In this document: positions 1 to 12,800 of the stretch, piece by piece
Layout: each line of letters begins with the position of its first letter
Position numbering within the stretch: position 1 is the stretch's first letter
Origin: Schmidtea polychroa
Taxonomy: Eukaryota
DNA length: 64,000 nt
Direction of reading: 5' to 3'
NCBI GenBank assembly: GCA_044892525.1
Contig: CM097888.1
Coordinates: 34,100,001-34,164,000, forward strand
Notes under the pieces: model-generated
What the model was told of the DNA's origin: nothing
Seen by the model: the letters and a program-made list of their open reading frames with translations, nothing else
Databases searched by the model: none
Position numbers and translations under genes: made by a program

Positions 1-803
1 CTTTCATGCTTAATCTCTCGACACCATTCTCCACTATATTCAACATGCTCAATTACATTTTCTATGCTAATATCCTCTATTGTCGGCTTAGCGGTTGAAG
101 TAGCAATATCTAGCATTGGAATCTCCCAACTTACACTCTCATTTTCGATTAACAGTCTTTCTGATTCTTCATCCGGTTTCTGTATAGGAACTATTTCTTC
201 GACAATTTCAACAGTTTCACATTCAACTGTGCAGCAACTCAATTCAAACATCGACGACTCATCTATCACTTTCACTCCTACTGTCATTACATCGACTTCT
301 ACAGTTTCTATCATTTGATCTACTTGACTGTCTTCCATACTTATTGTATATTCACTTGAACATTCTACAATCACACTTCTGAATTCTGATCCGACCTCGA
401 CTACCTTAGAACCAACATGACTCCAACTTTCTTCAATTGATTTACATTCAAAACTGCTTTCACTATCAACTGTCTCACACATGAACTCAGTCATTGTTTC
501 TTGGAATTTTCCTACAGCTTCATGACTTGTTAATGTATCAATGAATACAATATGCTTTTCTCCGAATGTTTCGCTTCCTACTTCAATCAATTTACTCTCT
601 ACACTACTACCGAAGTCAACTGTGTCTTTGAGTTTTTCGAAAGAAACATCTGCAATTTCACTATCTTTCACTGATTCACTACTCATATCTATAGCCTCTG
701 CTTTATAGTCAGTTAACTTATTTGAAGCCTTTGTATCTTTTTCCAAGCTCGTATGTGTCAATTCGATTATTCCAGTTTCAGTTGCAATGTTTTCAGATTT
801 GAT
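1..803 (-). CDS. Exon U0 (partial, runs off window)
   Basis: Acceptor at 804/805, ATC at 803; carries KVVEV and VEVDV alleles like U2. Confidence 0.7.
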   Translation of the reverse strand, partial: MKSENIATETGIIELTHTSLEKDTKASNKLTDYKAEAIDMSSESVKDSEIADVSFEKLKDTVDFGSSVESKLIEVGSETFGEKHIVFIDTLTSHEAVGKFQETMTEFMCETVDSESSFECKSIEESWSHVGSKVVEVGSEFRSVIVECSSEYTISMEDSQVDQMIETVEVDVMTVGVKVIDESSMFELSCCTVECETVEIVEEIVPIQKPDEESERLLIENESVSWEIPMLDIATSTAKPTIEDISIENVIEHVEYSGEWCREIKHE

Positions 804-3800
804 CTAAACACGAGAAAACATTTCTTAAAAATGTCCAAAATGTTTTGTAGTGTTTTTAAACGATAATTTATTATTATAAAAAGTAATTAAAAGAAATGAA
901 TAAAAAATATGTTTAATGAAAATTTAATAAATATCATGATAAATGTATCAAACATTGCTTTAGTGCTATAAATTGTAGGAAAAAAATTAATTTTATTTAC
1001 CTCTATTTCACTGAAACATTCTTCCATTGTTGATTTCATTTCGTAGCCAGATTCCATGTTGCGAGTCTTTGTTTCTTCGAATTGTATTTCAACGGTGCAA
1101 TATTTATTGTCTTCATCTGATGATATGATGGATGTTGAATAAACTGATTTTTCTGTTTCAAACATTTCGCTTTCATGCTTAATCTCTCGACACCATTCTC
1201 CACTATATTCAACATGCTCAATTACATTTTCTATGCTAACATCCTCTATTGTCGGCTTAGCGGTTGAAGTAGCAATATCTAGCATTGGAATCTCCCAACT
1301 TACACTCTCATTTTCGATTAACAGTCTTTCTGATTCTTCATCCGGTTTCTGTATAGGAACTATTTCTTCGACAATTTCAACAGTTTCACATTCAACTGTG
1401 CAGCAACTTAATTCAAACATCGACGACTCATCTATCACTTTCACTCCTACTGTCATTACACCGACTTCTACAGTTTCTATCATTTGATCTACTTGACTGT
1501 CTTCCATACTTATTGTATATTCACTTGAACATTCTACAATCACACTTCTGAATTCTGATCCGACCTCGACTGCCTTAGAACCAACATGACTCCAACTTTC
1601 TTCAATTGATTTACATTCAAAACTGCTTTCACTATCAACTGTCTCACACATGAACTCAGTCATTGTTTCTTGGAATTTTCCTACAGCTTCATGACTTGTT
1701 AATGTATCAATGAATACAATATGCTTTTCTCCGAATGTTTCGCTTCCTACTTCAATCAATTTACTCTCTACACTACTACCGAAGTCAACTGTGTCTTTGA
1801 GTTTTTCGAAAGAAACATCTGCAATTTCACTATCTTTCACTGATTCACTACTCATATCTATAGCCTCTGCTTTATAGTCAGTTAACTTATTTGAAGCCTT
1901 TGTATCTTTTTCCAAGCTCGTATGTGTCAATTCGATTATTCCAGTTTCAGTTGCAATGTTTTCAGATTTGATCTAAACACGAGAAAACATTTCTTAAAAA
2001 TGTCCAAAATGTTTTGTAGTTTTTTTAAACGATAATTTATTATTATAAAAAGTAATTAAAAGAAATGAATAAAAAATATGTTTAATGAAAATTTAATAAA
2101 TATCATGATAAATGTATCAAACATTGCTTTAGTGCTATAAATTGTAGAAAAAAATTAATTTTATTTACCTCTATTTCACTGAAACATTCTTCCATTGTTG
2201 ATTTCATTTCGTAGCCAGATTCCATGTTTCGAGTCTGTGTTTCTTCGAATTGTATTTCAACGGTGCAATATTTAATGTCTTCATCTGATGATATGATGGT
2301 TGTTGAATAAACTGATTTTTCTGTTTCAAACATTTCGCTTTCATGCTTAATCTCTCGACACCATTCTCCACTATATTCAACAAGCTCAATTACATTTTCT
2401 ATGATAATATCCTCTATTGTCGGCTTAGCGGTTGAAGTAGCAATATCTAGCATTGGAATCTCCCAACTTACACTCTCATTTTCGATTAACAGTCTTTCTG
2501 ATTCTTCATCCGGTTTCTGTATAGGAACTATTTCTTCGACAATTTCAACAGTTTCACATTCAACTGTGCAGCAACTCAATTCAAACATCGACGACTCATC
2601 TATCACTTTCACTCCTACTGTCATTACATCGACTTCTACAGTTTCTATCATTTGATCTACTTGACTGTCTTCCATACTTATTGTATATTCACTTGAACAT
2701 TCTACAATCACACTTCTGAATTCTGATCCGACCTCGACTACCTTAGAACCAACATGACTCCAACTTTCTTCAATTGATTTACATTCAAAACTGCTTTCAC
2801 TATCAACTGTCTCACACATGAACTCAGTCATTGTTTCTTGGAATTTTCCTACAGCTTCATGACTTGTTAATGTATCAATGAATACAATATGCTTTTCTCC
2901 GAATGTTTCGCTTCCTACTTCAATCAATTTACTCTCTACACTACTACCGAAGTCAACTGTGTCTTTGAGTTTTTCGAAAGAAACATCTGCAATTTCACTA
3001 TCTTTCACTGATTCACTACTCATATCTATAGCCTCTGCTTTATAGTCAGTTAACTTATTTGAAGCCTTTGTATCTTTTTCCAAGCTCGTATGTGTCAATT
3101 CGATTATTCCAGTTTCAGTTGCAATGTTTTCAGATTTGATCTAAACACGAGAAAACATTTCTTAAAAATGTCCAAAATGTTTTGTAGTGTTTTTAAACGA
3201 TAATTTATTATTATAAAAAGTAATTAAAAGAAATGAATAAAAAATATGTTTAATGAAAATTTAATAAATATCATGATAAATGTATCAAACATTGCTTTAG
3301 TGCTATAAATTGTAGGAAAAAAATTAATTTTATTTACCTCTATTTCACTGAAACATTCTTCCATTGTTGATTTCATTTCGTAGCCAGATTCCATGTTGCG
3401 AGTCTTTGTTTCTTCGAATTGTATTTCAACGGTGCAATATTTAATGTCTTCATCTGATGATATGATGGTTGTTGAATAAACTGATTTTTCTGTTTCAAAC
3501 ATTTCGCTTTCATGCTTAATCTCTCGACACCATTCTCCACTATATTCAACATGCTCAATTACATTTTCTATGCTAATATCCTCTATTGTCGGCTTAGCGG
3601 TTGAAGTAGCAATATCTAGCATTGGAATCTCCCAACTTACACTCTCATTTTCGATTAACAGTCTTTCTGATTCTTCATCCGGTTTCTGTATAGGAACTAT
3701 TTCTTCGACAATTTCAACAGTTTCACATTCAACTGTGCAGCAACTTAATTCAAACATCGACGACTCATCTATCACTTTCACTCCTACTGTCATTACACCG

Positions 3801-6800
3801 ACTTCTACAGTTTCTATCATTTGATCTACTTGACTGTCTTCCATACTTATTGTATATTCACTTGAACATTCTACAATCACACTTCTGAATTCTGATCCGA
3901 CCTCGACTGCCTTAGAACCAACATGACTCCAACTTTCTTCAATTGATTTACATTCAAAACTGCTTTCATTATCAACTGTCTCACACATGAACTCAGTCAT
4001 TGTTTCTTGGAATTTTCCTACAGCTTCATGACTTGTTAATGTATCAATGAATACAATATGCTTTTCTCCGAATGTTTCGCTTCCTACTTCAATCAATTTA
4101 CTCTCTACACTACTACCGAAGTCAACTGTGTCTTTGAGTTTTTCGAAAGAAACATCTGCAATTTCACTATCTTTCACTGATTCACTACTCATATCTATAG
4201 CCTCTGCTTTATAGTCAGTTAACTTATTTGAAGCCTTTGTATCTTTTTCCAAGCTCGTATGTGTCAATTCGATTATTCCAGTTTCAGTTGCAATGTTTTC
4301 AGATTTGATCTAAACACGAGAAAACATTTCTTAAAAATGTCCAAAATGTTTTGTAGTTTTTTTAAACGATAATTTATTATTATAAAAAGTAATTAAAAGA
4401 AATGAATAAAAAATATGTTTAATGAAAATTTAATAAATATCATGATAAATGTATCAAACATTGCTTTAGTGCTATAAATTGTAGGAAAAAAATTAATTTT
4501 ATTTACCTCTATTTCACTGAAACATTCTTCCATTGTTGATTTCATTTCGTAGCCAGATTCCATGTTGCGAGTCTTTGTTTCTTCGAATTGTATTTCAACG
4601 GTGCAATATTTAATGTCTTCATCTGATGATATGATGGTTGTTGAATAAACTGATTTTTCTGTTTCAAACATTTCGCTTTCATGCTTAATCTCTCGACACC
4701 ATTCTCCACTATATTCAACATGCTCAATTACATTTTCTATGCTAATATCCTCTATTGTCGGCTTAGCGGTTGAAGTAGCAATATCTAGCATTGGAATCTC
4801 CCAACTTACACTCTCATTTTCGATTAACAGTCTTTCTGATTCTTCATCCGGTTTCTGTATAGGAACTATTTCTTCGACAATTTCAACAGTTTCACATTCA
4901 ACTGTGCAGCAACTTAATTCAAACATCGACGACTCATCTATCACTTTCACTCCTACTGTCATTACACCGACTTCTACAGTTTCTATCATTTGATCTACTT
5001 GACTGTCTTCCATACTTATTGTATATTCACTTGAACATTCTACAATCACACTTCTGAATTCTGATCCGAGCTCGACTGCCTTAGAACCAACATGACTCCA
5101 ACTTTCTTCAATTGATTTACATTCAAAACTGCTTTCATTATCAACTGTCTCACACATGAACTCAGTCATTGTTTCTTGGAATTTTCCTACAGCTTCATGA
5201 CTAGTTAATGTATCAATGAATACAATATGCTTTTCTCCGAATGTTTCGCTTCCTACTTCAATCAATTTACTCTCTACACTACTACCGAAGTCAACTGTGT
5301 CTTTGAGTTTTTCGAAAGAAACATCTGCAATTTCACTATCTTTCACTGATTCACTACTCATATCTATAGCCTCTGCTTTATAGTCAGTTAACTTATTTGA
5401 AGCCTTTGTATCTTTTTCCAAGCTCGTATGTGTCAATTCGATTATTCCAGTTTCAGTTGCAATGTTTTCAGATTTGATCTAAACACGAGAAAACATTTCT
5501 TAAAAATGTCCAAAATGTTTTGTAGTTTTTTTAAACGATAATTTATTATTATAAAAAGTAATTAAAAGAAATGAATAAAAAATATGTTTAATGAAAATTT
5601 AATAAATATCATGATAAATGTATCAAACATTGCTTTAGTGCTATAAATTGTAGAAAAAAATTAATTTTATTTACCTCTATTTCACTGAAACATTCTTCCA
5701 TTGTTGATTTCATTTCGTAGCCAGATTCCATGTTGCGAGTCTTTGTTTCTTCGAATTGTATTTCAACGGTGCAATATTTAATGTCTTCATCTGATGATAT
5801 GATGGTTGTTGAATAAACTGATTTTTCTGTTTCAAACATTTCGCTTTCATGCTTAATCTCTCGACACCATTCTCCACTATATTCAACATGCTCAATTACA
5901 TTTTCTATGCTAATATCCTCTATTGTCGGCTTAGCGGTTGAAGTAGCAATATCTAGCATTGGAATCTCCCAACTTACACTCTCATTTTCGATTAACAGTC
6001 TTTCTGATTCTTCATCCGGTTTCTGTATAGGAACTATTTCTTCGACAATTTCAACAGTTTCACATTCAACTGTGCAGCAACTTAATTCAAACATCGACGA
6101 CTCATCTATCACTTTCACTCCTACTGTCATTACACCGACTTCTACAGTTTCTATCATTTGATCTACTTGACTGTCTTCCATACTTATTGTATATTCACTT
6201 GAACATTCTACAATCACACTTCTGAATTCTGATCCGACCTCGACTGCCTTAGAACCAACATGACTCCAACTTTCTTCAATTGATTTACATTCAAAACTGC
6301 TTTCATTATCAACTGTCTCACACATGAACTCAGTCATTGTTTCTTGGAATTTTCCTACAGCTTCATGACTTGTTAATGTATCAATGAATACAATATGCTT
6401 TTCTCCGAATGTTTCGCTTCCTACTTCAATCAATTTACTCTCTACACTACTACCGAAGTCAACTGTGTCTTTGAGTTTTTCGAAAGAAACATCTGCAATT
6501 TCACTATCTTTCACTGATTCACTACTCATATCTATAGCCTCTGCTTTATAGTCAGTTAACTTATTTGAAGCCTTTGTATCTTTTTCCAAGCTCGTATGTG
6601 TCAATTCGATTATTCCAGTTTCAGTTGCAATGTTTTCAGATTTGATCTAAACACGAGAAAACATTTCTTAAAAATGTCCAAAATGTTTTGTAGTTTTTTT
6701 AAACGATAATTTATTATTATAAAAAGTAATTAAAAGAAATGAATAAAAAATATGTTTAATGAAAATTTAATAAATATCATGATAAATGTATCAAACATTG

Positions 6801-9800
6801 CTTTAGTGCTATAAATTGTAGAAAAAAATTAATTTTATTTACCTCTATTTCACTGAAACATTCTTCCATTGTTGATTTCATTTCGTAGCCAGATTCCATG
6901 TTGCGAGTCTTTGTTTCTTCGAATTGTATTTCAACGGTGCAATATTTAATGTCTTCATCTGATGATATGATGGTTGTTGAATAAACTGATTTTTCTGTTT
7001 CAAACATTTCGCTTTCATGCTTAATCTCTCGACACCATTCTCCACTATATTCAACATGCTCAATTACATTTTCTATGCTAATATCCTCTATTGTCGGCTT
7101 AGCGGTTGAAGTAGCAATATCTAGCATTGGAATCTCCCAACTTACACTCTCATTTTCGATTAACAGTCTTTCTGATTCTTCATCCGGTTTCTGTATAGGA
7201 ACTATTTCTTCGACAATTTCAACAGTTTCACATTCAACTGTGCAGCAACTTAATTCAAACATCGACGACTCATCTATCACTTTCACTCCTACTGTCATTA
7301 CACCGACTTCTACAGTTTCTATCATTTGATCTACTTGACTGTCTTCCATACTTATTGTATATTCACTTGAACATTCTACAATCACACTTCTGAATTCTGA
7401 TCCGAGCTCGACTGCCTTAGAACCAACATGACTCCAACTTTCTTCAATTGATTTACATTCAAAACTGCTTTCATTATCAACTGTCTCACACATGAACTCA
7501 GTCATTGTTTCTTGGAATTTTCCTACAGCTTCATGACTAGTTAATGTATCAATGAATACAATATGCTTTTCTCCGAATGTTTCGCTTCCTACTTCAATCA
7601 ATTTACTCTCTACACTACTACCGAAGTCAACTGTGTCTTTGAGTTTTTCGAAAGAAACATCTGCAATTTCACTATCTTTCACTGATTCACTACTCATATC
7701 TATAGCCTCTGCTTTATAGTCAGTTAACTTATTTGAAGCCTTTGTATCTTTTTCCAAGCTCGTATGTGTCAATTCGATTATTCCAGTTTCAGTTGCAATG
7801 TTTTCAGATTTGATCTAAACACGAGAAAACATTTCTTAAAAATGTCCAAAATGTTTTGTAGTTTTTTTAAACGATAATTTATTATTATAAAAAGTAATTA
7901 AAAGAAATGAATAAAAAATATGTTTAATGAAAATTTAATAAATATCATGATAAATGTATCAAACATTGCTTTAGTGCTATAAATTGTAGAAAAAAATTAA
8001 TTTTATTTACCTCTATTTCACTGAAACATTCTTCCATTGTTGATTTCATTTCGTAGCCAGATTCCATGTTGCGAGTCTTTGTTTCTTCGAATTGTATTTC
8101 AACGGTGCAATATTTAATGTCTTCATCTGATGATATGATGGTTGTTGAATAAACTGATTTTTCTGTTTCAAACATTTCGCTTTCATGCTTAATCTCTCGA
8201 CACCATTCTCCACTATATTCAACATGCTCAATTACATTTTCTATGCTAATATCCTCTATTGTCGGCTTAGCTGTTGAAGTAGCAATATCTAGCATTGGAA
8301 TCTCCCAACTTACACTCTCATTTTCGATTAACAGTCTTTCTGATTCTTCATCCGGTTTCTGTATAGGAACTATTTCTTCGACAATTTCAACAGTTTCACA
8401 TTCAACTGTGCAGCAACTCAATTCAAACATCGACGACTCATCTATCACTTTCACTCCTACTGTCATTACACCGACTTCTACAGTTTCTATCATTTGATCT
8501 ACTTGACTGTCTTCCATACTTATTGTATATTCACTTGAACATTCTACAATCACACTTCTGAATTCTGATCCGACCTCGACTGCCTTAGAACCAACATGAC
8601 TCCAACTTTCTTCAATTGATTTACATTCAAAACTGCTTTCACTATCAACTGTCTCACACATGAACTCAGTCATTGTTTCTTGGAATTTTCCTACAGCTTC
8701 ATGACTTGTTAATGTATCAATGAATACAATATGCTTTTCTCCGAATGTTTCGCTTCCTACTTCAATCAATTTACTCTCTACACTACTACCGAAGTCAACT
8801 GTGTCTTTGAGTTTTTCGAAAGAAACATCTGCAATTTCACTATCTTTCACTGATTCACTACTCATATCTATAGCCTCTGCTTTATAGTCAGTTAACTTAT
8901 TTGAAGCCTTTGTATCTTTTTCCAAGCTCGTATGTGTCAATTCGATTATTCCAGTTTCAGTTGCAATGTTTTCAGATTTGATCTAAACACGAGAAAACAT
9001 TTCTTAAAAATGTCCAAAATGTTTTGTAGTTTTTTTAAACGATAATTTATTATTATAAAAAGTAATTAAAAGAAATGAATAAAAAATATGTTTAATGAAA
9101 ATTTAATAAATATCATGATAAATGTATCAAACATTGCTTTAGTGCTATAAATTGTAGAAAAAAATTAATTTTATTTACCTCTATTTCACTGAAACATTCT
9201 TCCATTGTTGATTTCATTTCGTAGCCAGATTCCATGTTGCGAGTCTTTGTTTCTTCGAATTGTATTTCAACGGTGCAATATTTAATGTCTTCATCTGATG
9301 ATATGATGGTTGTTGAATAAACTGATTTTTCTGTTTCAAACATTTCGCTTTCATGCTTAATCTCTCGACACCATTCTCCACTATATTCAACATGCTCAAT
9401 TACATTTTCTATGCTAATATCCTCTATTGTCGGCTTAGCTGTTGAAGTAGCAATATCTAGCATTGGAATCTCCCAACTTACACTCTCATTTTCGATTAAC
9501 AGTCTTTCTGATTCTTCATCCGGTTTCTGTATAGGAACTATTTCTTCGACAATTTCAACAGTTTCACATTCAACTGTGCAGCAACTCAATTCAAACATCG
9601 ACGACTCATCTATCACTTTCACTCCTACTGTCATTACACCGACTTCTACAGTTTCTATCATTTGATCTACTTGACTGTCTTCCATACTTATTGTATATTC
9701 ACTTGAACATTCTACAATCACACTTCTGAATTCTGATCCGACCTCGACTGCCTTAGAACCAACATGACTCCAACTTTCTTCAATTGATTTACATTCAAAA

Positions 9801-12800
9801 CTGCTTTCACTATCAACTGTCTCACACATGAACTCAGTCATTGTTTCTTGTAATTTTCCTACAGCTTCATGACTTGTTAATGTATCAATGAATACAATAT
9901 GCTTTTCTCCGAATGTTTCGCTTCCTACTTCAATCAATTTACTCTCTACACTACTACCGAAGTCAACTGTGTCTTTGAGTTTTTCGAAAGAAACATCTGC
10001 AATTTCACTATCTTTCACTGATTCACTACTCATATCTATAGCCTCTGCTTTATAGTCAGTTAACTTATTTGAAGCCTTTGTATCTTTTTCCAAGCTCGTA
10101 TGTGTCAATTCGATTATTCCAGTTTCAGTTGCAATGTTTTCAGATTTGATCTAAACACGAGAAAACATTTCTTAAAAATGTCCAAAATGTTTTGTAGTTT
10201 TTTTAAACGATAATTTATTATTATAAAAAGTAATTAAAAGAAATGAATAAAAAATATGTTTAATGAAAATTTAATAAATATCATGATAAATGTATCAAAC
10301 ATTGCTTTAGTGCTATAAATTGTAGAAAAAAATAAATTTTATTTACCTCTATTTCACTGAAACATTCTTCCATTGTTGATTTCATTTCGTAGCCAGATTC
10401 CATGTTGCGATTCTTTGTTTCTTCGAATTGTATTTCAACGGTGCAATATTTAATGTCTTCATCTGATGATATGATGGTTGTTGAATAAACTGATTTTTCT
10501 GTTTCAAACATTTCGCTTTCATGCTTAATCTCTCGACACCATTCTCCACTATATTCAACATGCTCAATTACATTTTCTATGCTAATATCCTCTATTGTCG
10601 GCTTAGCGGTTGAAGTAGCAATATCTAGCATTGGAATCTCCCAACTTACACTCTCATTTTCGATTAACAGTCTTTCTGATTCTTCATCCGGTTTCTGTAT
10701 AGGAACTATTTCTTCGACAATTTCAACAGTTTCACATTCAACTGTGCAGCAACTCAATTCAAACATCGACGACTCATCTATCACTTTCACTCCTACTGTC
10801 ATTACATCGACTTCTACAGTTTCTATCATTTGATCTACTTGACTGTCTTCCATACTTATTGTATATTCACTTGAACATTCTACAATCACACTTCTGAATT
10901 CTGATCCGACCTCGACTGCCTTAGAACCAACATGACTCCAACTTTCTTCAATTGATTTACATTCAAAACTGCTTTCACTATCAACTGTCTCACACATGAA
11001 CTCAGTCATTGTTTCTTGGAATTTTCCTACAGCTTCATGACTTGTTAATGTATCAATGAATACAATATGCTTTTCTCCGAATGTTTCGCTTCCTACTTCA
11101 ATCAATTTACTCTCTACACTACTACCGAAGTCAACTGTGTCTTTGAGTTTTTCGAAAGAAACATCTGCAATTTCACTATCTTTCACTGATTCACTACTCA
11201 TATCTATAGCCTCTGCTTTATAGTCAGTTAACTTATTTGAAGCCTTTGTATCTTTTTCCAAGCTCGTATGTGTCAATTCGATTATTCCAGTTTCAGTTGC
11301 AATGTTTTCAGATTTGATCTAAACACGAGAAAACATTTCTTAAAAATGTCCAAAATGTTTTGTAGTTTTTTTAAACGATAATTTATTATTATAAAAAGTA
11401 ATTAAAAGAAATGAATAAAAAATATATTTAATGAAAATTTAATAAATATCATGATAAATGTATCAAACATTGCTTTAGTGCTATAAATTGTAGGAAAAAA
11501 ATTAATTTTATTTACCTCTATTTCACTGAAACATTCTTCCATTGTTGATTTCATTTCGTAGCCAGATTCCATGTTGCGAGTCTTTGTTTCTTCGAATTGT
11601 ATTTCAACGGTGCAATATTTAATGTCTTCATCTGATGATATGATGGTTGTTGAATAAACTGATTTTTCTGTTTCAAACATTTCGCTTTCATGCTTAATCT
11701 CTCGACACCATTCTCCACTATATTCAACATGCTCAATTACATTTTCTATGCTAATATCCTCTATTGTCGGCTTAGCGGTTGAAGTAGCAATATCTAGCAT
11801 TGGAATCTCCCAACTTACACTCTCATTTTCGATTAACAGTCTTTCTGATTCTTCATCCGGTTTCTGTATAGGAACTATTTCTTCGACAATTTCAACAGTT
11901 TCACATTCAACTGTGCAGCAACTTAATTCAAACATCGACGACTCATCTATCACTTTCACTCCTACTGTCATTACACCGACTTCTACAGTTTCTATCATTT
12001 GATCTACTTGACTGTCTTCCATACTTATTGTATATTCACTTGAACATTCTACAATCACACTTCTGAATTCTGATCCGACCTCGACTGCCTTAGAACCAAC
12101 ATGACTCCAACTTTCTTCAATTGATTTACATTCAAAACTGCTTTCACTATCAACTGTCTCACACATGAACTCAGTCATTGTTTCTTGGAATTTTCCTACA
12201 GCTTCATGACTAGTTAATGTATCAATGAATACAATATGCTTTTCTCCGAATGTTTCGCTTCCTACTTCAATCAATTTACTCTCTACACTACTACCGAAGT
12301 CAACTGTGTCTTTGAGTTTTTCGAAAGAAACATCTGCAATTTCACTATCTTTCACTGATTCACTACTCATATCTATAGCCTCTGCTTTATAGTCAGTTAA
12401 CTTATTTGAAGCCTTTGTATCTTTTTCCAAGCTCGTATGTGTCAATTCGATTATTCCAGTTTCAGTTGCAATGTTTTCAGATTTGATCTAAACACGAGAA
12501 AACATTTCTTAAAAATGTCCAAAATGTTTTGTAGTTTTTTTAAACGATAATTTATTATTATAAAAAGTAATTAAAAGAAATGAATAAAAAATATGTTTAA
12601 TGAAAATTTAATAAATATCATGATAAATGTATCAAACATTGCTTTAGTGCTATAAATTGTAGAAAAAAATTAATTTTATTTACCTCTATTTCACTGAAAC
12701 ATTCTTCCATTGTTGATTTCATTTCGTAGCCAGATTCCATGTTGCGAGTCTTTGTTTCTTCGAATTGTATTTCAACGGTGCAATATTTAATGTCTTCATC

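Larger units (their letters stand above)
3338..7814. repeat. Dimeric higher-order repeat (U3-U4 / U5-U6)
   Basis: All four share ttcattatc (S>N) and caacttaat; U4 and U6 additionally share ccgagctc (V>L) and tgactagtt. Confidence 0.8.

Noticed and set aside
932-994. Short perfect palindromes in the intron (TATCATGATA, AAAATTAATTTT)
   Set aside because: 10-12-bp palindromes are expected by chance in 82% AT sequence; their recurrence is due only to unit duplication.
1001-1972. 972-nt/324-aa repeat length coincides with the filaggrin repeat
   Set aside because: Filaggrin repeats are S/H/G/R/Q-rich, basic and lie in one uninterrupted exon; this repeat is acidic, E/V/I/T-rich and intron-separated. 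Coincidence.
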